A stretch of DNA of 64,000 nucleotides from positions 181,164,001 to 181,228,000 of the forward strand of contig OZ024742.1 in the NCBI GenBank assembly GCA_964016885.1, written 5' to 3'. Under the pieces are notes generated by a model that saw only the letters and a program-made list of their open reading frames with translations, did not search any database and was not told where the DNA came from. Below are positions 1 through 10,090 of the stretch, in pieces; position 1 is the stretch's first letter, and each line of letters opens with the position of its first letter. The stretch comes from Eledone cirrhosa (Eukaryota). The translations under genes were made by a program, and so were the position numbers.

Positions 1-408
1 CATTTTGATCTTTCCATTAGAGGGAGGTGAAATCCCATTGATGACATGGTCCTACACCAAATTACATAATGTATACTAACATTACCTAATATTCTGCACA
101 TAGTTGTTCCATTCAGAATACTGCCAGAAGATTGGAACTGTAGAAACTCATGCATTGGTCCAGGTATCTCAATTATCTTACCCACACAAAGTCGTCTTCC
201 TCACTGATTAACGGATGTGTGCACTCTAACCAACTGAGTTTGAATTTTAATATGATCTTAATTGGTTAATGTGTGAGTGAGGAAACGACCAAAGGTATGC
301 CCATCCTATTCAAGAAGCCTTGTCTCTTTATGCGTGTGTGTATGTGCATGCATGTGTGTACTAAGTGACCACATGACATGATGGATGTGTGTCTCTCATT
401 TAACCATA

Positions 409-775
409 CAGAGTGAGTCAAAATTATGTTAACACTTTTTTCGATCAAACATTTCTAAATCGTTGGATAGGTTGCGGTGGACCATTGGCATGGCCTGCAC
501 ACTCCCCTGATCTGACACCCTGTGACTTCTGGTTATGGGGCATGGTAAAGAGCGCTTGTATAGCAAAAAGTTAGAGAGATCGATGAACTTAAGGACAGAA
601 TACAAGGTGTCATATCAAGTATTCCCTGCGAAATGTGTGTCAAGGCACTAAGTTGTACTGTTGATCGCTGGTTTTTGTGTATTGATAATGCTGGTGACCA
701 GGTTAAGACTGTTCAGTAAATACTGAATAAATGATTTCTCCCATACTAGTGTTAACATAATTTTGACTCACCCTA
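409..775 (+). mobile_element. Internally deleted Tc1/mariner DNA transposon
   Basis: TIR CAGAGTGAGTCAAAATTATGTTAACACT (409-436) and its near-complement at 748-775, flanked by TA. The interior encodes RWIGCGGPLAWPAHSPDLTPCDFWLWGMVK, the WPxxSPDL motif of Tc1/mariner transposases. Confidence 0.9.
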
Positions 776-964
776 TATTAAAAACTTTATAAATCTTCTT
801 GTGTAACTTCTGGTTAAATGCAAAATACTCTTTGAAGAAGCCATACCATCCTAAGTTATGATTATGTAACAACACACTGACATTGTGAAAATGTGCGTAA
901 CTGAAATGAATTTAATTGTGTTATAACGCAGCATTGTATTAACATTCATTCATATACATATGTA

Positions 965-1303
965 GGAGGCACATGGCTTAGTGGTTAGAGCATTGGCCTT
1001 GCAATCGAAAGGTTGTGAGTTCAATTATCAGACTGGGTGATGTGTTGTTTCCCTGAGCAAGACACTTTATTTCACATTGCTCCAGTTTACTCAGCTGTAG
1101 AAATCTGATGATAGGGACTGGGGTCTATATCATTCCACTGCAAAGTGGTCGTGGAGGTGCCACGGCAAAAAAGCACCCGGCACTCACTGTAAATGCGGTT
1201 GGTGTTAGGAAGGGCATCCAGCTGTAGAAATCAAGCCAGAATCAGTTCCCGTCCCACTCTTGCAAGCAGGGAAAAGCGGACGTAAAATGAAATGATGATG
1301 ATG
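965..1303 (+). mobile_element. tRNA-derived CORE-type SINE with RTE-like 3' tail
   Basis: A box TGGCTTAGTGG, B box GAGTTCAATT, CORE-like CTGAGCAAGACACTTTATTTCACATTGCTCCAGTTTACTCAGCTGTAGAAAT, tail GGTTGGTGTTAGGAAGGGCATCCAGCTGTAGAAA ending in (GAT)n. Confidence 0.85.
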
Positions 1304-1687
1304 TGTGTGTAAAGGAAATAAAGATGCTGATTGACAGATTGGACCAGTATTTCCATTGGTTTTTCAATTATTGGTGACACTATCTCTTGGTGGCAACTTT
1401 TGGCAGGAAGAGCAACATGATATAAAGTATTTTCTTCAAGAACGCAATGTGCTGTCAAGTCAAGAGTTTGAACCCACAACCTAAACAGGATGAATGGAGA
1501 AACATTAATGCAGTCTCCTAAGCAAAATGTACTCAAAAGATAGAGTTAATAACAATATTGTTTTGGGGGGGGAGGGAGGAGGGGGGTCATGCTGATAGTG
1601 TCTTTCTCAGCAATTGATACAGATCTTACTTTGAGTTTCAAATCAACACTTGTAAAAAAAAAGTCTGTCTTAAGCCAGAAGATTCAT

Positions 1688-1933
1688 TTGGCCAGTGCTT
1701 ATCCCGGTTTCATGGTGTGAAGCGACTGAGAGTACAAGACTTCCCCTAGACAGGACGCCAGTCCATCGCAGGGTTAAACCTCCAGCTATTGCTCGTACTC
1801 ATTTTCAGCTGAGTATACTGGAGCAATGTGAAATGAAGTGTTTTGCTCAAGAACACAACACACAACCCAGGAATTGAACCCATGACATTATGATCGTAAG
1901 TCCAACACTCTTACCATTAAACCACGTGCCTCC
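1688..1933 (-). mobile_element. tRNA-derived CORE-type SINE with a different tail
   Basis: Minus strand starts GGAGGCACGTGGTTTAATGG, has B box GGGTTCAATTCC and the same CORE-like block, but a different tail (AGTCGCTTCACACCATGAAACCGGGATAAGCACTGG). Confidence 0.8.
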
Positions 1934-2077
1934 ACCAATACTTTTGGATGTATACATATACATATATATGCAGGTGTACCCCAAAAATGTATACACAGTT
2001 TGATTACCTGTACAGGCAATATTTATTGGAATGCTGTTGAAATGTGTATACATTTTGGGGGGAGACCGTGTGTGTGT

Positions 2078-2417
2078 ATCATCATCATCATCATCATCAT
2101 TTTACGTCTGCTTTTCCCTGCTTGCAAGGGTGGGATGGGAACTGATTCTGGCTTGATTTCTACAGCTGGATGCCCTTCCTAACACCAACCTCATTTACAT
2201 TTAGTGCTTTTTTTCCGTGACGCCTATACGTACACTTTACAGTGTGGGCTGGGTGCTTTTTTGCCGTGGCACCTCTACAACCACTTTGCAGTGGAATGAT
2301 AGGGACCCCAGTCCTATCATCTCATTTCTACAGCTGAGTAAACTGGAGCAATGGGAATTGAACTCACAACCTTTCAATTGCAAGGCCAATGCTCTAACCA
2401 CTAAGCCATGTGCCTCC
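2078..2417 (-). mobile_element. CORE-type SINE, inverted near-copy of 965-1303
   Basis: The reverse complement matches the 965-1303 element over head, core and tail, with an internal deletion after the B box; (CAT)n tail at 2078-2100. Confidence 0.85.
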
Positions 2418-2475
2418 ATATATATATATATGTATGTATGTGTGTGTATATGTGTGTATATGTGTGTATATATAT

Positions 2476-2727
2476 ATCATCATCATCATCATCAACGTTT
2501 AACGTCCGTGTTCCACGCTTGCATGGGTTTGGACGGGGGTAGTCCCACTTGAGGTAAGAGTGATTTTCTTGCTCGCATAGGACTGTCTGGCAGGTTTTCT
2601 ACAGTTGGATGCCCTTCCTAACACCAACCACATTTACAGTGTGGGTCTGGGAGGTTTTTACCGTGTTGCCTACACGGCCACATTACAGCGTGGACTGTGT
2701 GTTTTTTTGTCGTGACACCTACACGAT
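2476..2727 (-). mobile_element. 5'-truncated RTE LINE, 3' UTR only
   Basis: Closely matches 37093-37345, the 3' UTR of the RTE LINE; (CAT)n tail. Confidence 0.75.
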
Positions 2728-2844
2728 ATATATATATGTATATATATGTATATATATATATATATGTATATATAAACAAGGTTTAGCAAATAATGAAAAA
2801 GTTTCAAAATAAATTTTAAAAAATTGACTTTACCTACTATAGTT

Positions 2845-2927
2845 ACCTTTACCGATCGGTTTCGAATCCCAAAAATAAACGGAGACCATACGGCCTTCGT
2901 TGCAAAGAAAGATTCTCGTCAGAAGGT
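2845..2927 (-). ncRNA. Type I hammerhead ribozyme, family A copy 1
   Basis: Minus strand: ACCTT CTGACGA GAATC-[42 nt]-GATTC GAAA CCGATCGG TA AAGGT = stem I, CUGANGA core, stem II, GAAA, palindromic stem III, GUA cleavage triplet, stem I'. Confidence 0.88.
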
Positions 2928-3329
2928 TCTTTTCATTCGAAGAATATAAAATTCTTGAATTTAAATTACGAACTAGCGCTATCCAAAACTGTTCCTGAGA
3001 TGAGAGTGAATGAAGTGGAATCAATTTTTTCAAGGGCCGAAGTAAAGATAGAGGCAGAGGGAGGTAGGTCAAACCGGCCGCAACTATCACTAGCAGCAGT
3101 CGGAACGACCCAATTTGTCTCTCAACAATAGAGGAGAGTAGTAATAATAGGATATGTGTTCCTTCACGCACAAGGCGCTAAGGGACGCATGTATTGTCCA
3201 ACCAAATGCCAATGTGGTTCAATGGCAGGTTAATAAATTAACGAGCCAGAACATATATAAACAAGGTTTAGCAAATAATGAAAAAGTTTCAAAATAAATT
3301 TTAAAAAATTGACTTTACCTACTATAGTT

Positions 3330-3412
3330 ACCTTTACCGATCGGTTTCGAATCCCAAAAATAAACGGAGACCATACGGCCTTCGTTGCAAAGAAAGATTC
3401 TCGTCAGAAGGT
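3330..3412 (-). ncRNA. Type I hammerhead ribozyme, family A copy 2
   Basis: Same sequence as 2845-2927, shifted by 485 bp. Confidence 0.88.
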
Positions 3413-3814
3413 TCTTTTCATTCGAAGAATATAAAATTCTTGAATTTAAATTACGAACTAGCGCTATCCAAAACTGTTCCTGAGATGAGAGTGAATGAAG
3501 TGGAATCAATTTTTTCAAGGGCCGAAGTAAAGATAGAGGCAGAGGGAGGTAGGTCAAACCGGCCGCAACTATCACTAGCAGCAGTCGGAACGACCCAATT
3601 TGTCTCTCAACAATAGAGGAGAGTAGTAATAATAGGATATGTGTTCCTTCACGCACAAGGCGCTAAGGGACGCATGTATTGTCCAACCAAATGCCAATGT
3701 GGTTCAATGGCAGGTTAATAAATTAACGAGCCAGAACATATATAAACAAGGTTTAGCAAATAATGAAAAAGTTTCAAAATAAATTTTAAAAAATTGACTT
3801 TACCTACTATAGTT

Positions 3815-3897
3815 ACCTTTACCGATCGGTTTCGAATCCCAAAAATAAACGGAGACCATACGGCCTTCGTTGCAAAGAAAGATTCTCGTCAGAAGGT
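3815..3897 (-). ncRNA. Type I hammerhead ribozyme, family A copy 3
   Basis: Same sequence as 2845-2927, shifted by 970 bp. Confidence 0.88.
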
Positions 3898-4105
3898 TCT
3901 TTTCATTCGAAGAATATAAAATTCTTGAATTTAAATTACGAACTAGCGCTATCCAAAACTGTTCCTGAGATGAGAGTGAATGAAGTGGAATCAATTTTTT
4001 CAAGGGCCGAAGTAAAACCTGCCATTGAACCACATTGGCATTTGGTTGGACAATACATGCGTCCCTTAGCGCCTTGTGCGTGAAGGAACACATATCCTAT
4101 ATATG

Positions 4106-4137
<32 letters not shown>

Positions 4138-4140
4138 TAT

Positions 4141-4320
4141 AGGAACCAGTAAGACCCCGACAGCTGAGCTCAAGCCGTTTCGACGGCTAATTAGCCGTCG
4201 AAACGGCTTGAGCTCAGCTGTCGGGGTCTTACTGGTTCCTATTACCCACTCTACTACCTCAAGTATTGAGTACTTTGGTGCGTTATGGTCCACCTGGTTC
4301 CTTACCACATTTCCTTCGTT
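4141..4320 (+). mobile_element. Hairpin-capped short element carrying the 3' half of a hammerhead (family B copy 1)
   Basis: Perfect palindrome 4139-4242 centred on GGCTAA|TTAGCC, then a ~80-bp unique tail. Contains GAAA CGGCTTGAGCTCAGCTG TC GGGG. Lies within (TA)n; second copy at 56182-56350. Confidence 0.8.
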
Positions 4321-4439
4321 ATATATATATATATATACACACACATATATTAACAGTTTGACTTAAGTCAGGAAGAACTAGCAATTTCAAGATGACACCA
4401 CCCACACCTGAGAGAGTTAAAAAGAGGGAAATAAAATGT

Positions 4440-4950
4440 TTTAACATATTATTCGATTTAGAAGTATTGGCAAATATATCTTAGAAGTTTTTGTCCCTAA
4501 TCACGAAACATTTCTCATATAGCCATATGTACCACATCTCTTCAGCCCATATAATATCAAATTTACATCCTTCTGTTTAGATAGTATCACTTCAGACATA
4601 ATCTACACAAGTCCCAACACACAAACACACCAATCTGTAGTTGCTGAAACTCTGACATGTATCCTCTAATTAAATCCTGCCTTTCTAAGGTCATACATAT
4701 TCTACAGAGCCACCTTCATACCACCAGACAGTTTACAGAGGAACTATATGGGCGTAACAGTCTATGGATTTAAGTGCAGATTTACCCAGCATGTACACTC
4801 ATTTAAGAACAGAAACATAGATCTCTACAGCCCCCTCATGTTTTGTTTGGAGGCTCTGTGGCCAAATGCATAACATCCCCAGCATCAAAAGGAGCATTCT
4901 AGACAGACATTTTCTCCATACTTCTACTTCGACGAGTTGTCACATTATGA
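4440..4950 (+). pseudogene. Degenerate Penelope-like element, GIY-YIG endonuclease region
   Basis: Frameshifted peptides FSYSHMYHISS, YPLIKSCLSK, IFYRATF...NYMGVTVYGFKCRFTQHVHSFKNRN and SIKRSILDR...SCHIM follow the order of Penelope GIY-YIG motifs (SYSCM, CPLxxxCL, VYKA..YIG..FKxR..H..SF, IKWSIL..CxLC). Confidence 0.75.
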
Positions 4951-5329
4951 GACAAATCAGGCCTGCAGAATACATCAGGCTCATACAGATCTGTATTTCA
5001 GCTTGGCTTCTACAGCTAGGTATTCTTCCTAACACCAACTACACTACAGTGTGAACTGAGTGCTTTTTATTGTGGCACCCAAACAACGAGCTAACAGGCT
5101 GGACTGAGTAGTTTTTGTTATGGCACCATCATGACCACTTTACATGATGGACTGGGCGTTTTCACCATATCACCAGCATAACCACCTTAAAGAGTGCAAT
5201 TGGTGCTTTTTGTTGTGTTATAAGCACAACCCCCTTACAGAGTGGACTGAGTGCTTTTTGTTGTCATCAGCACAACCAACTTACTGGGTGGACTGGGTGT
5301 TTTTCTCACATCACCAACATGACCACTTA

Positions 5330-5760
5330 ACAGGATGAAACCGGGATGTTGTTATGGATCCAGATCAGCATATAGGGTGAACTCAACATCAATGGATTTT
5401 ATTGAGATTAATGACACTCTCCAACTGATCTGGCTGGATCCCAAATTGAAACCAGCCAAGGTAATGGATGTTATCCAACCATCTTGCTCAAGGTCTAACC
5501 CCGGGTCTCCTGCTAGTTAATTCTGCTCATAAAATCTGTCCAATGATTCTTTCCTGAGACATTCTAACCACATGCCCATAGTATCAGAGCTGTGATCTCT
5601 CAATTCAGAAAGTAGCAGCTCTACTTGGAATGACTCTCTGATCTCTGAGCTATGGACTCTATCGAGTAATGTTACTCCAAAGACTTTTCGGAGAAACCCC
5701 ATTTCAGCCACTTGTATTTGCAATTGTATTCTTTCATGGCCTGAGCCAGCAAATGGCGGC
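5330..5760 (-). mobile_element. RTE-clade LINE 3' fragment
   Basis: ORF 5517-5762 reads QIQVAEMGFLRKVFGVTLLDRVHSSEIRE, a typical post-RT motif of RTE LINEs. Confidence 0.75.
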
Positions 5761-5893
5761 ACTTAGGAGTATGACCTCAAACTCCATTCTTGTTTCAGCT
5801 TTCTCAAAATGGACTTGACAAATTAAATGTTTCTTGCCTTGAATCTGCTGACAACTCTTTTCCTATATATATATATATATATATACATTCATA

Positions 5894-5933
<40 letters not shown>

Positions 5934-6001
5934 CACAGACACCCATGCTAGCGTAGAAGATAGATGGTAAACGATGATGATGATGATGATGATGACACAT
6001 A

Positions 6002-6169
6002 CAGTGAAATTCCATTATAACAAATTTCACGGGGTAAAGAAAAAAATTTTTGTAACGAAAAATTCTTTATAACGTGATCGACCTAACACATCGAGTGTGT
6101 GGCCGAGATTGAAAAATATTTTGTTATACTGAAAAATTTGTTATAATGCGGTATAACGAATTTTATCTG
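6002..6169. mobile_element. Tc1/pogo-type MITE
   Basis: TA|CAGTGAAATTCCATTATA...TATAACGAATTTTATCTG|TA; a related inverted copy lies at 57739-57917. Confidence 0.7.
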
Positions 6170-6859
6170 TATATATATACATTTATATGTATATGTGTGT
6201 GGGGAGATGTAGGTTGTTGGGGTAGATGAATGGGTGTATATTTGTGTGCTTCTCAATAAATACAGAGCAAAATCTGATATCCATATGCACACATGTTGGT
6301 TTTAGCTATTCAATTTCAAATAAATCTTTCATTAAACAAATCAAAATTCCTTCCTTATTCCCTTATTTCCATACACAAAACACTCCACACAAGTTCAATT
6401 AATAAACATGACAACCACACAACAAATTCCAGAAAGAAACTTATAAATAATCAATTTCCAGATTTCCTTTGCAGCCAGATGAAGCAATAAGCTGAAACTT
6501 CAAACCACTGTCAATTTTCTCTTCATAAAATAAATTTTACTCTCTGCTCTCATATGTATTGAGTCCTTATTCAGTTAACATTTTATTGTTCTGAGCACAA
6601 TTGAATTTTGAATGTCCATTTCCGTATATGTATATATATCTATGTGTGAGAGGTGTGTGTGGGTGTAAATATATAATCATTTAATGTCCTTTATCCCTAT
6701 GTGTGTGTGTTTGTGCATGTACTTGTGTTTACGTTTGTGTGTATTGAAGGGATTTACTGGTGATTCATAAGAGATATTAATATTATAATGTACTTCTTTG
6801 ATATTTTCAAATTATATATTTGCAAATGTGACACGAATTTATAACTGGCTTAGTAATAA

Positions 6860-8185
6860 TTGTTTCTACTTTTGGCACAAGGCCAGAAAATTACCCAGTG
6901 CATTACTGGTACTTTATTTTATCGACCCCGTAAGGATGAAAGGCAAAGTTAACCTTGGCGAGATTTGAACTCAGACCGTAATAATAACATTAATGATTTC
7001 TTTTCTATTTTTAATATTTTATATATAATAATAATATGATAATGATTTCTACAATAGGCACAAGAGCAGCAATTTTGAAGGAGGGGAAAGTCGATTAAAT
7101 CGACCTCAGTGCATTACTGGTGCTTTATTTTGTCGACCTCATAAGGATGAAAAGCAAAGCTAACCTCAGCGGGATTTGAACTCAAAATGTAAAGGGCTGT
7201 AACTCTATGCCACAAGGCATGGTGTCCGACGCTCTACCGATACAGCCAATCCACTACCCTTATACAATATGTAATAATAATTCTTTTTATCATTGACACA
7301 AGGCCTGCATTTTTGTCCAAGAAGAAAGTTTATTATACCAACTCCTATACTTGACTGGTACTTTATTTTATTGATCCCAGAAAGATGAAATATAAAGTTG
7401 ACCATGGTGGAATTTAAACCCAGAATGTAAAGTGCCAGAATAAATTCTGCAACACATTTGTTTGATGCTCTAATGACTCTGCCAACCCCACCCTTAAACA
7501 GGGAGTTACAGTAACAATGCTTTCTAATTTAGGCACAATCCCAATAGTTTGAGGTGGGTAGGAATTTAATTAAATCGACATCAGTACTTGCCTAGGTCAT
7601 CCTACCAGGGTTGATAAAATAAACGTGACCTTGGCAGGATTTGAACTCAAAACATAAAGGACCATAGCTAAATATCGCAACACATTTTGCTTGACATGCT
7701 AACAATTCTGTCAATTCACCAACGTAATAATAATTGTTTCTACTTTTGGCAGAAGGACAGCAATTTCCCCAGTGCATTACTGGTGCTTTATTTTATCGAC
7801 CCCGTAAGGAGGAAAAGCAAAGCTAAATGCTGTAAAGCATGGTGTCTGACGCTCTACTGATACTGCCAATCTCCAAACCTAATAATGGTTTCTTATATAG
7901 GCACAAGATCAGTAATTTGGGGGAGGGGAAAGTCAATTAAATCAACCCCAATGTATTACTGGTACTATATTTTAGAAACCCTGTAATGATGAAAAGCAAA
8001 GCTAATCTTAGTGGGATTTGAAATCAGAATATAATTGTTTCTACGTTTGGCACAGGGCCAGCAATTACCCAGTGCATTACTGGTACTTTATTTTATCGAC
8101 CCCATAAGGATGAAAGGCAAAGTTAACCTCGGCGGGATTTGAACAAAGCATGGCATCCGACCCTCTACCGATACTGCCAATCCAG
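6860..8185 (-). mobile_element. Head-to-tail stack of about 7 tRNA-derived SINE copies (MetaSINE-like centre, (ATT)n tails)
   Basis: Repeated TGTTTCTACTTTTGGCACAAGGCC...GGTACTTTATTTTATCGACCCCGTAAGGATGAAAGGCAAAGTTAACCTCGGCGGGATTTGAACTC; the sense strand has A box TGGCAGTATCGG and B box GAGTTCAAATCC. Copies are separated by (AAT)n. Confidence 0.85.
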
Positions 8186-8467
8186 GGCCATAACTCTATA
8201 CCAAAAATCATAGTGTCCAACACTCAACCAATGTTAACAATAGTACATATAGGAATGAAAATATAAACTCAAATAACATCTAGTGATGCATGGAAGCCAA
8301 ATCTGATGAAATAGTTTGTCATCATAGCTAATTATTTATGTTAAGTTACATAAAAATACAGAGATCATGATGTTCACTATTTCTGTAGATGTTAAGATTG
8401 GAAATGGTTATAATTACAAACATTTAGCAGTGGTTTGAGGAGTCTTGTGCCTAGAAAAGTACATAAA

Positions 8468-8688
8468 TCCTTTAGCATGTAAACCGGCTGTTTCGTGCCA
8501 GAATTCTCTCACCTCTCTCTGTTCAAACCAGCCATATCTGGCTGCTCATACTTATGTTAAGACATTGTTCTCAAAATAAATAATATCAAAATCTCGTAGA
8601 TTTGATATTATGTGGGATAATTATGTGAGATAAAATGTTTACCATGAAAATACAATAGTAAATATAGAGTAATGTAAATGCTAAAGAG
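8468..8688. mobile_element. piggyBac-type MITE
   Basis: Ends CCTTTAGCATGTA...TAAATGCTAAAGAG|TTAA; the inverted homologue at 61542-61763 has TTAA on both sides. Confidence 0.7.
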
Positions 8689-8745
8689 TTAATGCTTTTG
8701 TTACTATGATTCTAATGGAAATCAATTTGAATGGACATAGTTATC

Positions 8746-8937
8746 CAAGGGTCAGCTGAAACGTTCATAGGCTAATTATGAAGGAGTAATGCAAGCGCTG
8801 TAAAATCTTGCATGCATTAATTTCAACTCTTCTTAGTAACTGCATTGTTTTTTTCTAGGCACTATGTTGAAAATTAAACATTTGGTCATAGCATGAACAT
8901 ATCTTGGTCAGTGTATGAACTTTTCATCTGACCCTTG
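8746..8937. mobile_element. mariner-type MITE
   Basis: TIR CAAGGGTCAGCTGAAACGTTCATA / TATGAACTTTTCATCTGACCCTTG followed by TA. Confidence 0.7.
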
Positions 8938-9574
8938 TATTAAGCTACTGTTTTGAACATAACTATTTATCATCATCATCATTTTTACATCTGTTTTTCT
9001 ACAGCATAACTTCACAAGCACTAACCCTTTTGTTACTATATTTCTAATGAATGACTGTCTATGGTTTTCAAATAATTTTGAAAGTAATGAAGAATTTGGA
9101 GGGATTTACTAATACAACTGACTTTCTCATTATTTAGCATGTGCTTGGTACTTAATTTAATGATTCTTACATAAAAATATGATGGATAGTTGTTAGATAA
9201 ATAAAAACATTTTACCCTTTCATTACCATATTTCAAATGAAATTCACTGCCTATAATTTTCAAATAATTTTTTATATGGATTTGGTAATATAACTAACTT
9301 CCTCATTAAGCTGTTTGCTTGGAACATAATTTAATAAAGAATCTTACATAAAATTATGATGAAAGATGTTTAGATAAATAAGAACACATTCAACCCTTTT
9401 CTAATAGAATACACTGCTTATGATTTTCAAATAATTTTGAAAATAATGAAGAATTTTGAGTGATTTATATAACTAGTTTTCTCCTTATTAAGCTGTTGCT
9501 TGGAACATAACTTAATAAAGGTTCTTACATGAATTTTTTTTTTCCTTGATATGGTTTATTTCTACAATATTACA

Positions 9575-10090
9575 TGTTTATTTTCAATATAGAAATAATA
9601 AAAAAGGGAAAACAAAAGGAAAGAAAGAATAGGAAAATATAGAAAAAGAAAACAGAGAAAAAAAGGAGAAGGAGAGAAAGAAAGAAGAAAAAAATCGGGA
9701 AGGGGAGGGGATGGCAAAAGCCCTGGTGTTGCAGAAGAGAGGGGAAAGTGATTGGGCTTTGGGCCTAGGGTAAGAGGGCAGAAGTGCTGCACCCCACTGA
9801 CAAGACAGCAAAAGCATTCCCCCAGACAATGGCCAGTGGCACCTGCTGCAACAGCCACCCAACCTCGCACGGCTCCTTCCTCAGATCTTGCTGAGGAGCT
9901 CAGCAATATGGGGTCCAAGTATACCTGAGGTCTCGATTGATGGCGACTGGTGAGAAGAGGAAGAAGCTGGACAAACACCAGTATTTGTTTACTTTACCTT
10001 CTTCTGCGAGGCGGGCTGCAATGCTGGTTGTTTGTAGCCAAAGCAACTAAGTTGGAGGCGGAGAAGGTGTCACAGCAGGTGGCATCCAAA
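9575..10090 (-). mobile_element. 5'-truncated CRE-clade non-LTR retrotransposon (restriction-like endonuclease end)
   Basis: Across frameshifts the minus strand reads LDATCCDTFSASN / AARLAEEGKVNKY..FLFSPVAI / ETSGILGP / GWLLQQVPLAIVWGNA. This matches the CRE C-terminus WDATCxDT..AAExxKxxKY..F.P.A.ET.G..G...QRxSxAxxRGNA and is followed by a pyrimidine-rich 3' UTR. Confidence 0.75.

Larger units (their letters stand above)
2771..4100 (-). mobile_element. Tandem 485-bp hammerhead-bearing repeat (retrozyme / Penelope pseudo-LTR-like) with an inverted terminal segment
   Basis: Apparently identical units offset by exactly 485 bp (2771, 3256, 3741). The third stops at 4016 and is followed by 4016-4100, the reverse complement of unit segment 3147-3231. 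(TA)n on both sides; one hammerhead per unit. Confidence 0.85.

Noticed and set aside
965-1040. tRNA genes at SINE heads (also 24043, 58600, 60135, 62355)
   Set aside because: A/B boxes run directly into SINE bodies with no complete cloverleaf.
1100-1135. CTGATGA matches here and at ~8304, ~43361 and ~60536
   Set aside because: No stem II-GAAA-stem III-UH arrangement follows.
2771-4100. CRISPR-like array or a triplicated 113-aa gene
   Set aside because: Whole units are identical with no unique spacers, no cas genes and a eukaryotic context; the ORF has no recognisable domain and overlaps the ribozyme.
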